This document shows, one piece after another, positions 44,515 to 54,375 of a stretch of DNA of 64,000 nt (the stretch's first letter is position 1; every line of letters starts with the position of its first letter). The notes beneath the pieces were generated by a model. The model saw nothing but the letters and a program-made list of their open reading frames with translations, was not told where the DNA came from and did not search any database. The stretch lies in NCBI GenBank assembly GCA_963767595.1, contig CAVYEK010000021.1, positions 33,658 to 97,657 of the forward strand, in the 5' to 3' direction. The position numbers were made by a program, and so were the translations under genes. The stretch is from Terriglobia bacterium. Its GTDB lineage: Bacteria; Acidobacteriota; Terriglobia; Bryobacterales; Bryobacteraceae.

Positions 44515-47136
44515 ATGGTGGCGTCATCGTTTTCCAATAGCCAGGGATCGCGATGGTTGCACGTCGCGTTGCGGGCGCTGGCGATCGTTTTCGCGAGCGC
44601 CACGGTGCTCTATACCTATTTCTGGATGGCCGCCGACCGGCTCCAACAACCTGCCGCCGTCGAACTTGGTCTCGAATGTCCGTACCAGACGTCTCAACAC
44701 GCCAATGTAGTGACCCAGGTATATACCGGCAGTCCGGCGGAGAGAGCCGGATTGAAGGTCGGGGACCAGATGGTGGCGTTCGACGGCCGCCCAGTCGAGA
44801 GCGCGGCGGATCGAGCAAGAGTCTGGAAGCTTCATGCGCCTGGGGATTCGGTCCGTCTGACCATTCTGCGTCCGGGGCAAACCGCTCCAATCGAGTTAAT
44901 CGGCGTTTTCCGGCGCAATTCGGATCTGGGCGGGGCTGCCGGCAATTTGCAGGCAGCCGCCGGCCGGCTCCTGCGGACCTCGATGCTACTGGCTTTCGCG
45001 GCCGTGGGACTGGTGATTCTGTTGCTGCGTCCGGAAGACCGCAACGTCTGGCTGCTGGCCTGCTTTTTCGCCGGCATCGTTTCGGCCCCCGGGTTCCCGG
45101 ACAATTTCCAAACCGTACCGGCGGCGCTGCGGCCCGGGGTCGAGGCGTACATGGGGATCTTTCTCGGCGCCATCGGGGCCTCGTTTTATTTCCTGTGCGC
45201 GGTGTTCCCGGCGCGCTCTTCGATCGACCGGAGGTTTCCATGGCTCAAATGGGTTGCAGTGGTCCTGGGATTGGTGAACGCCGGCGAGATGAACCGACCC
45301 GATGTTTCGCGGCCCGTCGCCACTTTGTCGAGACTCATCGGCCCTCAGGCTGCCGACCGGCTCGACACCGGCATCGTGCTCGGGTTTCTGGCGCTCGGGC
45401 TGGTTTCACTGGCCGCCAACTATTTCGGCGCCAGGGAACCGGAATCGCGCCGCAAGATCCGGGTGATCTTCTGGGGCGCCGTGGTCGGCCTCGGCCCTTC
45501 ATTGATAAGAGCGGGTTTCGAGGACTACACCGGTTTCCGGGCGCCGGATTGGCTGGACATGATCCTCAACGGCCTTCTGCTGCTGGTCCCGGCCTCGTTC
45601 GCCTACGCCGTTTTCAAGCAGCGCGTGTTGGACATTCCGGTTCTCTTGCAACGCGGCGCGCGCTACCTGCTGGTGCAGCGCGGCTTCCTGCTGCTGCTGT
45701 GTTTCGTCAGCTTCGGGTTGACGCTGTTGTTCGCGGCGTCGCTGGCGCATCTGCCGCTGGTGATCGGAATGGGCCACTCGGCAAGCACGGCGCTGGGCGC
45801 GGGGTTCGGTACGGCGCTGCTGTGGGGCGGGTCGAACGTTCACAGACAGGTGAGCGGGAAGATCGACCGCGCATTTTTTCGCAGCTCCTACGACGCCCGG
45901 GTGATTCTGGAGAATCTGGCGGAAACTTCTCGCACCGCCGCCAACCGCGAGGCGCTGGCGCAGTTGCTTCACAACCAGCTCAACGCAGCGCTCCAACCGG
46001 CGTCTCTGGTGGTCTATCTGGCGGCCAATGACCACGAATTGGACGCCGCCGCCGGAGTCGTGCCGCCGGAGCTTAGAAGGATTCATTCGTCGTCGCCGTT
46101 GCTTGTGGAACTGGCGCGCCAGGGCGAACCCTGGGAACTGCCCCCGGCGGGACTCGAAAAAGACGCCGCGACGGCGGTGCTGGCGCCGCTCCATTCCGGC
46201 TGCCTGGTCCCCATCCTGGGCCGCGAAGGCCAATTGGTTGGGCTGCTGGCGCTCGGCCCACGCTTGTCCGAAGAACCCTACTCCGGCGAAGACAAGCGCC
46301 TTTTGGCTTCCGTCGCCAGCCAGGCCGGCATGGCGCTGGAGAATTTCCGCCTGGCCGAGGACATCGCGGAAAAACTGGAAGGCGAACGCCGAACGGCGCG
46401 GGAAATGGAGATTGCCAAAGACGTTCAGACCAGACTGCTTCCTCAGTCGGCGCCGGACCTGAAGACGCTGGAATGCGCCGGGCGATGTCTCCAGGCTTGG
46501 CGCGTGGGCGGAGATTATTACGACTTTCTCGAACTGGGCCGGGACCAGATAGGACTGGTATTGGCCGACGTCTCCGGCAAGGGCGTGCACGCCGCGCTGT
46601 TGGTGGCGAATCTGCAGGCGCATTTGCGCAGTCTCAGCGGGCTCACGCGCGGCGCGGCGGGATTGATGACGCCGCTCGATTTGGTCGAGACCCTGCAACA
46701 GGTGAACCAGGTTCTGTGGAAGTCGACGGCCGCGCAGCACTATGCCACGCTGTTTTTCGGCCTCTACGACGACAACACGCAACGTCTGACCTATGTCAAT
46801 TGCGGCCACAACCCGCCCATTTTGTTGCGTGCGGACGGGAGCGTGGATCGGTTGGGAGCCACCGTCACGGTGATCGGGGTGTTCGAAAAGTGGAAATGCG
46901 TCGCGCGGGAGGTTCAGATGCATCCTGGGGATCTGCTGGCGATTTTCAGCGACGGCGTCACCGAGGCGATGCTGGGAGAGGCTGAATTCGGCGAACCCCG
47001 ATTGCTCGATGAACTGCGCAAGACAAGCCGGCTTCCAGTGGACCAAGTGGTCACCGATGTTTTCAACGCGGTGCAGCGGTTTAGCGCCGGCAATCAGTCG
47101 GACGACCTGACGCTGGTGATCGCGCGGGCAAAATAG
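44515..47136 (+). CDS. membrane sensor phosphatase: PDZ domain, polytopic TM region, GAF-like domain, PP2C/SpoIIE domain
   Basis: PDZ 'GSPAERAGLKVGDQMVAFDGRPV'. SpoIIE 'GGDYYDFLELGRDQIGLVLADVSGKGVHAALL...NCGHNPPILL...IFSDGVTEA...DDLTLV'. The longest ORF starts at 44389; ATG 44515 precedes the first TM. Confidence 0.8.
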   Translation: MVASSFSNSQGSRWLHVALRALAIVFASATVLYTYFWMAADRLQQPAAVELGLECPYQTSQHANVVTQVYTGSPAERAGLKVGDQMVAFDGRPVESAADRARVWKLHAPGDSVRLTILRPGQTAPIELIGVFRRNSDLGGAAGNLQAAAGRLLRTSMLLAFAAVGLVILLLRPEDRNVWLLACFFAGIVSAPGFPDNFQTVPAALRPGVEAYMGIFLGAIGASFYFLCAVFPARSSIDRRFPWLKWVAVVLGLVNAGEMNRPDVSRPVATLSRLIGPQAADRLDTGIVLGFLALGLVSLAANYFGAREPESRRKIRVIFWGAVVGLGPSLIRAGFEDYTGFRAPDWLDMILNGLLLLVPASFAYAVFKQRVLDIPVLLQRGARYLLVQRGFLLLLCFVSFGLTLLFAASLAHLPLVIGMGHSASTALGAGFGTALLWGGSNVHRQVSGKIDRAFFRSSYDARVILENLAETSRTAANREALAQLLHNQLNAALQPASLVVYLAANDHELDAAAGVVPPELRRIHSSSPLLVELARQGEPWELPPAGLEKDAATAVLAPLHSGCLVPILGREGQLVGLLALGPRLSEEPYSGEDKRLLASVASQAGMALENFRLAEDIAEKLEGERRTAREMEIAKDVQTRLLPQSAPDLKTLECAGRCLQAWRVGGDYYDFLELGRDQIGLVLADVSGKGVHAALLVANLQAHLRSLSGLTRGAAGLMTPLDLVETLQQVNQVLWKSTAAQHYATLFFGLYDDNTQRLTYVNCGHNPPILLRADGSVDRLGATVTVIGVFEKWKCVAREVQMHPGDLLAIFSDGVTEAMLGEAEFGEPRLLDELRKTSRLPVDQVVTDVFNAVQRFSAGNQSDDLTLVIARAK

Positions 47137-47161
47137 TCCGCGGTTCAACCCCAGTTCTCCA

Positions 47162-48898
47162 TCAGACCCAGTAGCCCAGCAGACGCCAGTGCCAGAGCCA
47201 GGCCACATAGAGGGTGAGGACAACGCCGACGAGCCATGGGGGCGCGCCGCGCGGATGGCTCCGAAACAGGCGTATCAGGAACCAGGCGAAACACGCGGCC
47301 CCCAGCACGCCGAGGCTCTGGACGACCCAGATAGGCCATGGCAGGCCGTACATGTAGCCGCCTTCCCGCTCGACGGGGGGAGTCAGCAGTTGCAGTACGA
47401 TGCCCAGCCCGAGCAGGTGAAAGCCGAACGCGTTGGCTGCCAGACCGGCGGGCGTGCGCAGTGGATCGGGCAGGAGCCATCGGCGCGTGGGCCTCACGAT
47501 CAGCAGGACCAGCGCCAGCGCGCAGAGCAGGAAGACATCGCGCTGGATGGGCGCCGAAAGCAGTTCCGGCACGCGCTCCATGGCCGTGGTCCCGGAGGTG
47601 AAGAGGTGGGTGACCCGGCCGGAGGAATCGCGGCGGAAGGCGCAGAAGTAGTTGTCGTCGAGCGACTGGAAGAGATTCGGCGCCACCTGAACCAAGCGCC
47701 GGGCGGCGCCGTCGAACCGGGGCACGGTAATGACGCCGCCGGGCGCGGCGCCGATGGTGAGCTCGCCGCCCAGGTAGCCGAGCAGCACGCCGACCTTGAG
47801 GAGCCTGTCATGTGAGTAGCGAACGTCGCGGTAGACGCCGGTGAAGGCCGCAACGTTGGCATCCCGCTGCTTGGGTGGCGGCAGCGGCGCGGGCGGAATT
47901 TCGTCCAGTACCTGTTGTTCAACGGCGGCCGCGACCTCGCCCAGGAAGGCGCCGGAGAGGGCGTTGGCGGCAATGAAATAGCCGGCGCCGTCGCGCGGGA
48001 AGATACGCACCCGGGCCACCGCGCCAGGAGTGCCGCCATCGTGACCGGCGAAGGGGTGTCCGCGGGACTGGTCCAGGTCCCAAGCCCAGCCGATAGCGGC
48101 GGCCAGACTAGGATTCTGAGTGAAGTGGACTTGGAACTCCGGGCGCGAGGCGTGGTCCAACGCCCACTGGATAAAGCGGGCCATATCCGCGCCCGAGGAC
48201 ATCTGCATTCCGGCGGGGGCGTCCTGCAGGTAGTCCCATGGCAGCGCCTGGTAAGCCGAGCCCGTCCACTGGTAGGGAATCGCGGCGGGTTGCGCCAGCA
48301 GGAATGAGGAATTGGTCATGCCCAAGGGCCCGAAGACCATGTCCCGGGCCAGTTGAGCGAAGGGCTTGCCGCATACGCGCTCGGCGATGTGGCCGGCCAG
48401 CGCCACGCCGTAGTTGGAGTAAAGGAAGACCTCGCCGGGCGGCAGGATCCGCTTGGGAAGATTGCGTTTCAGATATGCGCCGAGGGGCAGGGCGAGATCG
48501 AAAGAGCGCGCCGATTTGCCGGTGTATCGGTCGTCAAATCCGGCGGTGTGGGTGAGGAGCTGGGTGAGGGTGATCGGCTTGCCGCCGTAGGCCGGGATTG
48601 TGAAATCGAGGTAGCGATTCACGTCGGCGGCCGGATCGAGCTTGCCCTCATCGATGAGTTGGGCGACGATGGCGGCCGTGATCACCTTGGAGACGGAGGC
48701 GGTGCGGAAGGCCGTGTGTTCAGGGTCCACCGGAGTGCGGGTCACAGCATCGGCTACGCCGTAGCCAGAGATGGCTGGAGGCTGGCCCCGGCGAACGATG
48801 GCCACCACGGCGCCGGGCGCGTGGCAGCGGTCCAGTGCGGCGCGGACAGTATCGTCGAGCGACGCTGGAGTGAGCAGCGCAAGCAAAAGAGGAAACAT
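47162..48898 (-). CDS. beta-lactamase/PBP-fold serine hydrolase with a C-terminal polytopic membrane domain
   Basis: 578 aa. 'FRTASVSKVITA' (SxxK), 'LLTHTAGF' and 'YSNYG'. The last ~130 aa are hydrophobic helices. Confidence 0.8.
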   Translation of the reverse strand: MFPLLLALLTPASLDDTVRAALDRCHAPGAVVAIVRRGQPPAISGYGVADAVTRTPVDPEHTAFRTASVSKVITAAIVAQLIDEGKLDPAADVNRYLDFTIPAYGGKPITLTQLLTHTAGFDDRYTGKSARSFDLALPLGAYLKRNLPKRILPPGEVFLYSNYGVALAGHIAERVCGKPFAQLARDMVFGPLGMTNSSFLLAQPAAIPYQWTGSAYQALPWDYLQDAPAGMQMSSGADMARFIQWALDHASRPEFQVHFTQNPSLAAAIGWAWDLDQSRGHPFAGHDGGTPGAVARVRIFPRDGAGYFIAANALSGAFLGEVAAAVEQQVLDEIPPAPLPPPKQRDANVAAFTGVYRDVRYSHDRLLKVGVLLGYLGGELTIGAAPGGVITVPRFDGAARRLVQVAPNLFQSLDDNYFCAFRRDSSGRVTHLFTSGTTAMERVPELLSAPIQRDVFLLCALALVLLIVRPTRRWLLPDPLRTPAGLAANAFGFHLLGLGIVLQLLTPPVEREGGYMYGLPWPIWVVQSLGVLGAACFAWFLIRLFRSHPRGAPPWLVGVVLTLYVAWLWHWRLLGYWV

Positions 48899-48959
48899 GT
48901 GGCCCCCTGCGCCGCCACGTCAGCGACAGCGAACCACATAGTATCGCGCTTCGGGCCGA

Positions 48960-50534
48960 ATGGGGCGGACGCAAAGCCCGCGTCCGCGGATGCCGGATGA
49001 TAACGCCGTCCGGAGATGGCGGCCGCGTCCATCGAACGGCTCCCGTCCCGCCAAGGGCCATTCCGGTTCCATTCATGCGGGCGGGGTGGCGCTCCGAGCC
49101 GCTTGCTATGATGATGCCGTGCCAACCGATGCAGCGCTCCACCTGGCGCGGAACGATGCTTTCCGTCTGGTCCTCGGAGAGCTGGTTCTCGCCTCGGGTT
49201 TGGTCGCTTGCATATTGTACCTGCTCCGCGCGAGAAAGGCCGACCTTTCGGCTTTGTACTTCGGGATCGCCGGCGTATTGTACGGGCTGCGCCCCATAGT
49301 CGAACTCGACTTGCTGCGCACTGCTTTTCCCGTGTTTCCATGGGCCAGTTTGGATTCGGGAATCACCTTGATCGTGGGCATTCCCTTCGTACTGTTTTTC
49401 GGGAGCACGATCGCCCGTGGGTATCCCTGGGTTACCCGCGGGTTCATCACCGCGCAGGTTCTTCTCGCATCGGCCGGTATCCCCGTGATCCTTCTCCACG
49501 GGCCGGTGCGGTATGTCTGGTTTCTCGACGGAGTCGTCTCAATCGCCTCGGTGATCGTGTTTGTGTGGATCGCCTTCCACCCAAAGGCGCCGTTGGACCG
49601 CGAAGTGCGGATTTTGAAACTCGGCCTTCTGGTTTTTGGCGTATTCGTACTCGTTCAAAACCTGGTCTCAGTCGACCTGCTGCCCGATTTTGGCAACTGG
49701 GAACCGGTGGGCATGGTGATTCTTCTTTGCACCGTGGGTTACGTCAGCGCCGCGCGCACCATTCGAACGGAGCGGAACTGGATAGCCATAAGGAGGGAAC
49801 TCGAAATCGCGCGCCAGATTCAGCTCTCGATTCTCCCCCGGGAGATGCCGCGGACGAAGGCGCTTCAAGTGGCGGCGCGATACGTACCGATCACAGCCGT
49901 AGCGGGGGATTTTTACGATTTTCTGGTCGTGGATGGGGACCGTGCCGGCATTCTGGTGGCCGATGTCTCCGGCCACGGCGTCCCCGCGGCGCTGATCGCC
50001 TCCATGGTGAAGATCGCCATCGCGGCGCAGATGCCTCACGCCGAGGATCCGGCGCGGGTCCTGACCGGCGTGAATCGGACGCTGTGCGGCAAACTTCAGG
50101 GGCAGTTTGTCACGGCCGCCTACCTGTTTATCGATGCTGCCGCGGGCCGCATGAGGTACGCGGCCGCGGGCCATCCGCCCATGCTATGGCGCCGATGCAA
50201 GGACCAGCGCATCCACGTAGTGGAGGAGAACGGCTTGATATTGGGCTTTCAAGCCGAGGCGGCCTACACCTTCACGGAACGGGAGACCAGCCCGGGTGAC
50301 CGATTCCTCCTGTACACCGATGGAGTTCTCGAAGCGGCTAATGAAGCGGGCGAGTTCTTTGGCGAAGAGAGGCTTCTGAAAGAGATGGAGGAGGCGCGAA
50401 CGGTAGGAGCGGAGGACTTCGCGACGTCTTTGTTGCACGACGTTGGGTCCTGGGCCGGGTACGGCCGCGGCCGCCCCCAGGACGACGATCTCACCTTGCT
50501 TATAGTCGACTGCCGATCCCGCGCGAGTGAATGA
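48960..50534 (+). CDS. 7TM-type membrane sensor fused to a PP2C/SpoIIE phosphatase
   Basis: About 6-7 predicted TM helices, then 'IARQIQLSILPREMP...VAGDFYDFLVVDGDRAGILVADVSGHGVPAALIA...AAGHPPMLW...LYTDGVLEA...DDLTLL'. The true start is probably internal (for example GTG 49119). Confidence 0.75.
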   Translation: MGRTQSPRPRMPDDNAVRRWRPRPSNGSRPAKGHSGSIHAGGVALRAACYDDAVPTDAALHLARNDAFRLVLGELVLASGLVACILYLLRARKADLSALYFGIAGVLYGLRPIVELDLLRTAFPVFPWASLDSGITLIVGIPFVLFFGSTIARGYPWVTRGFITAQVLLASAGIPVILLHGPVRYVWFLDGVVSIASVIVFVWIAFHPKAPLDREVRILKLGLLVFGVFVLVQNLVSVDLLPDFGNWEPVGMVILLCTVGYVSAARTIRTERNWIAIRRELEIARQIQLSILPREMPRTKALQVAARYVPITAVAGDFYDFLVVDGDRAGILVADVSGHGVPAALIASMVKIAIAAQMPHAEDPARVLTGVNRTLCGKLQGQFVTAAYLFIDAAAGRMRYAAAGHPPMLWRRCKDQRIHVVEENGLILGFQAEAAYTFTERETSPGDRFLLYTDGVLEAANEAGEFFGEERLLKEMEEARTVGAEDFATSLLHDVGSWAGYGRGRPQDDDLTLLIVDCRSRASE

Positions 50535-50920
50535 GAGGACGAGAATCCGCCATAAGCCGCCCGGCCGCACATGGAATGCGAGTGTTCCCGGAATCGGGCC
50601 AAGAATCGTAACGCATTTGAAACAACGCCTTGCCGCGGCTCAGGCGCCAATCTTCTCGGGTTGCTAACAGGTTTGTCATGGGTTGCGGGATAGACTCGAA
50701 TCACTCCTGCTAGTCGACCCCTGGGGGCGATTTCGGCGACTTATCGCCCCCTTCCCCGCATAATGGCCTTCGGTGAAAGCCCGGATACTTGATCGACGCA
50801 TGGCCTCGCCGGCGATCGCATCCGCACCCGCGGCGCCCTGTAACTCATTATTCAACGATCTGTAAACACGGAGTGATGCCCGCCTGATACCGTACCTCTT
50901 CCGAGAGGAATCAAACCACA

Positions 50921-53900
50921 ATGAAGAATCTTCCGACGCGCATAGTGTTTCTGGGTTGCGTTCTTTGCGCACCCTTGGTCTTCGGGCAGTTCGAGAGCGC
51001 CGAGGTCCTAGGTACGGTAAGGGATGCGTCCGGCGGGGCGATGCCCAAGGCCGCCGTTACGCTGACCAACTCGGACACGGGTATTCAGGCCAAAGCGACC
51101 ACTGACGAGAATGGGAACTACGACTTCTTCAACGTGAAGGTTGGCGGCTACAACCTGGTGGTGGAGCAGCCCGGATTTTCGAAGTTCACCGCCACCGACG
51201 TGCGGGTGAACGTGAATGCCCGGCAGCGCGTGGATGTTTCCATGAAGGTCGGCGCTATCACCGAGACCGTCGAGGTGACGGGCGCCGCCGCCGCGCTGGA
51301 CACCGATTCGAGCGATCACGGCCAAGTGGTCAGCACGGCGACGGTCGCGGAGCTCCCGCTCAACGGGCGCAATTATGCGGACCTGGCGCTGCTTTCCCCC
51401 AACACCATCAAGTCTCCGATCTCGGCCACCTTCTCGGCCACCGGCACGCCGCGGGAAGGCGCCTTCAACGTGAACGGCATGCGCAGCACGTATAACAGTT
51501 TCCTGCTGGACGGCCTGGATAACAACGCCTACGGCACCAGCAACCAGGGCTATTCCGCCCAGTTGGTGCAGCCCTCGCCGGACGCGCTCGCCGAATTCAA
51601 GGTCATCACGAGCAACTACAGCGCCGAATACGGGCGCGTGGGCGGCGCGGTGGTGAACGCCGTCATGAAATCCGGAACCAACGACTTTCACGGCTCGGCA
51701 TACGAGTACCTGCGCAACACCGTTCTCAACGCCGCCGGCTTTACGTTCAGCCCCACGGTCTTCGTGAAACCCCCTCTCCAGCGCAACCAGTTCGGGGCCA
51801 CCATCGGCGGACCCATCCTCAAGAACAAGTTATTCTTCTTCGCGGATTACGAAGGCTTCCGGCAGTTACAGCACTATCTCAACTTCGACTCCATCCCCAG
51901 CATGACGGACCGCCAGGGAATCCTCCCCGTGACGGTGGTCAACCCGCTGACCGGCGTGGTTTATCCGGCCAACACGCAGATCCCGGTGGCGCAGTTGAAT
52001 CCGTTCGCCGCGGCGGCCCTGGCCGGGCTGCCGCCGGTCACCGGCCCCGGACGCTCCAACAACGACGAGGCGCTCCTGCTCATCAAAGACTACGGCGATA
52101 AATTCGACGGCAAGCTGGACGGCCAGATCAACGATCATATGACGGCGTTCCTAAGGTTCAGCCAGCGCAAGGACTTGCAGTATTTCTCGCCCGACCTCAC
52201 CGGGCCGTCCGGCGGCGACGGCAACGGCCATATTCACGCCATCGATCAGAACGCCTCGCTGGGCTACACCTGGACAGTCACGCCGACATCACTATTCCAG
52301 GCTCGTCTGGGTTTCTCCCACATCGTCGCCGGCAAGACGCCGCCGTATCTGGGCGGTCCAAGCATGGGTTCCATGTTCGGCGGTTTTCAGGGCCTGCCGA
52401 CCACGCCCAGTCTCACCGGCGGAATCGACACGCAGACCATCAGTGGACTTACCGCCCTCGGCCGCCAAACCAGCAATCCGCAGTTCCAGAATCCGACTTC
52501 CTGGGATCCGGAGCTCAATTATTCGAGGACTCTGGGCCGGCACTCCATCAAAATGGGTTACCAATTTCTGATGGTCCGCACCGAGATTCTGGACACCAAT
52601 CCGCTCTATGGTCAAGACACGTACAGCGGGGCGTTCAGTAAGCCCACCTGCGCGCAACTGGGCCAGGCGGCCGGCTGCGCGGTTCCCAGCGATTCCACCA
52701 GCTACAGCCTGGCGGATTTTATGTTCGGTACTCCCAACCAGATCAACCTCGGGAGCTACGCGGTCGTCAATCTGCGGCAATACGTCCACTCGCTGTACTT
52801 TCAGGACGACTATCGAGTGAGCGCGAAGCTCACCCTGAACGTCGGGTTGCGGTGGGAGTTCGCCTCCCCGCTCTATGAGCGCGACAACAACTACTCCAAT
52901 TTCGACCCCACCACCAACACCATGATCAAAGCCGCCAGCGGAAGCCTGTTTCAGCGCGCTCTGGTTCACCCCGACTACAAAGACTACGGGCCGCGGCTGG
53001 GCTTGGCGTACAGCATCGACTCGAAGACCGTTATTCGCTCCGGATACGGCATCAGCTACACGTTTTTCAACCGGCCGGGAAGCGCCCAGGAGGGGATCAA
53101 TGCTCCTCAGGCCCTGTTCGGCGTCCTCAGCCAGTCGAATCCTACGTCGCCGGCCTTCCTCACCACTCTGAATAGTTTCAGCACCAACATCGCCAGCCCG
53201 GCGGCTTTCAATCCAGCCGTTACCAACGTGGTCTACACCCCGCCGGACAGCAAATGGCCGTACATACAGAACTGGTTCTTCTCGGTGCAGCGGCAACTTC
53301 CCAAGAACACCGTCGTCGAGTTGGCCTACACCGGGAACCACAGCCTGCGGCTGCCGATCATCGCCGACTACAATCAAGCGGCTCCGAACCAGCCGGGGCA
53401 GAGTCTGGGAGTCACGGCGCGCGTGCCGATACAGGGATGGGGACCGATCACCTGGCTCGACCCGGCGGGTGACAATCACTACAATGGCCTTTCGGCCCGC
53501 GTGGAGCGCCGGTTCACCAAGGGTTTTTACGTGCTGAACTCGTTCACCTGGGGGAAGGCCATGGGCGATTCGGAGCAGGCGCTCGAGTATTTCGCGGGTT
53601 ACTACCAAGCCAATCCCCAGAACATTCACAACCTGGCCGCCGAGAAAGGGCCCTCCAGCTTCGACGTGAAGTTGAACAATGTCAGCAGCGTGGTCTACCA
53701 GCTTCCCTTCGGCAAGGGTCGCCAATTCGGCTCCAACATGAGTCCCGTGGTAGATGCGTTTGTGGGCGGATGGGAACTCGCCGGCATCAACACCGCTCAC
53801 ACGGGCCTGCCGCTCGACGTGACCTACGGCGCCTCGGGGGCCAACATCGTCAGTTCCCTTTCCAACGATTATCGCGGCCAGCCGTACCTGCGTCCCAACG

Positions 53901-54235
53901 TAACCGGCGCCGCCTCCAGCCAGAGCCGCTCGGCCATGTTGAACACCTATTTCGCCGGATACGCATTCAGCACGCCGGCAGCCAGCGCGCCGTATGGGAA
54001 TCTCGGCAGGAATGCGTTCCGCGCTCCCAACTTCGATCAGTGGGACCTTGCCGTCGACAAGAATTTCCGGATCGGCGAACAGGCCCGGCTGCAATTCCGG
54101 TCGGAGTTCTTCGATGTCCTCAACCACACGAATTTCGGCATACCGAACACACAAACCACCAGCGCCGCCTTCGGCACCATTCGCACCACCTACGCATCGC
54201 GCCAGATCCAGTTCGCATTGAAGGCCATCTTCTGA
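50921..54235 (+). CDS. TonB-dependent outer-membrane receptor with an N-terminal carboxypeptidase-regulatory-like domain
   Basis: 1104 aa. Signal peptide, then 'GTVRDASGGAMPKAAVTLTNSDTGIQAKATTDENGNYDFFNVKVGGY' (CarboxypepD_reg), a plug ('LPLNGRNYADLALLSPN') and a C-terminal 'RQIQFALKAIF' terminal Phe. Confidence 0.9.
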   Translation: MKNLPTRIVFLGCVLCAPLVFGQFESAEVLGTVRDASGGAMPKAAVTLTNSDTGIQAKATTDENGNYDFFNVKVGGYNLVVEQPGFSKFTATDVRVNVNARQRVDVSMKVGAITETVEVTGAAAALDTDSSDHGQVVSTATVAELPLNGRNYADLALLSPNTIKSPISATFSATGTPREGAFNVNGMRSTYNSFLLDGLDNNAYGTSNQGYSAQLVQPSPDALAEFKVITSNYSAEYGRVGGAVVNAVMKSGTNDFHGSAYEYLRNTVLNAAGFTFSPTVFVKPPLQRNQFGATIGGPILKNKLFFFADYEGFRQLQHYLNFDSIPSMTDRQGILPVTVVNPLTGVVYPANTQIPVAQLNPFAAAALAGLPPVTGPGRSNNDEALLLIKDYGDKFDGKLDGQINDHMTAFLRFSQRKDLQYFSPDLTGPSGGDGNGHIHAIDQNASLGYTWTVTPTSLFQARLGFSHIVAGKTPPYLGGPSMGSMFGGFQGLPTTPSLTGGIDTQTISGLTALGRQTSNPQFQNPTSWDPELNYSRTLGRHSIKMGYQFLMVRTEILDTNPLYGQDTYSGAFSKPTCAQLGQAAGCAVPSDSTSYSLADFMFGTPNQINLGSYAVVNLRQYVHSLYFQDDYRVSAKLTLNVGLRWEFASPLYERDNNYSNFDPTTNTMIKAASGSLFQRALVHPDYKDYGPRLGLAYSIDSKTVIRSGYGISYTFFNRPGSAQEGINAPQALFGVLSQSNPTSPAFLTTLNSFSTNIASPAAFNPAVTNVVYTPPDSKWPYIQNWFFSVQRQLPKNTVVELAYTGNHSLRLPIIADYNQAAPNQPGQSLGVTARVPIQGWGPITWLDPAGDNHYNGLSARVERRFTKGFYVLNSFTWGKAMGDSEQALEYFAGYYQANPQNIHNLAAEKGPSSFDVKLNNVSSVVYQLPFGKGRQFGSNMSPVVDAFVGGWELAGINTAHTGLPLDVTYGASGANIVSSLSNDYRGQPYLRPNVTGAASSQSRSAMLNTYFAGYAFSTPAASAPYGNLGRNAFRAPNFDQWDLAVDKNFRIGEQARLQFRSEFFDVLNHTNFGIPNTQTTSAAFGTIRTTYASRQIQFALKAIF

Positions 54236-54243
54236 AGAGCCGT

Positions 54244-54362
54244 TTCCGTGGCGCGGCCTCTCAGGCTGCCGCGGCGAGATTCGTCTCGACGCTGGGCGGC
54301 GGATTGTGGGCCAGACTCGAGACGAGTGTCGAGCCGGCAGGTTAAGAGCCTGCGCCACGGAA
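54244..54362 (+). other. ~120-nt extended imperfect hairpin occupying the TBDR/glpQ intergenic region
   Basis: Outer 11-bp pairing ttccgtggcgc (54244-54254) with gcgccacggaa (54352-54362). Inner 9-bp pairing tcgtctcga (54281-54289) with tcgagacga (54317-54325). ctgccg/cggcag pair in between. No U-tract. Confidence 0.4.
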
Positions 54363-54375
54363 CTGGGAGAATCGC

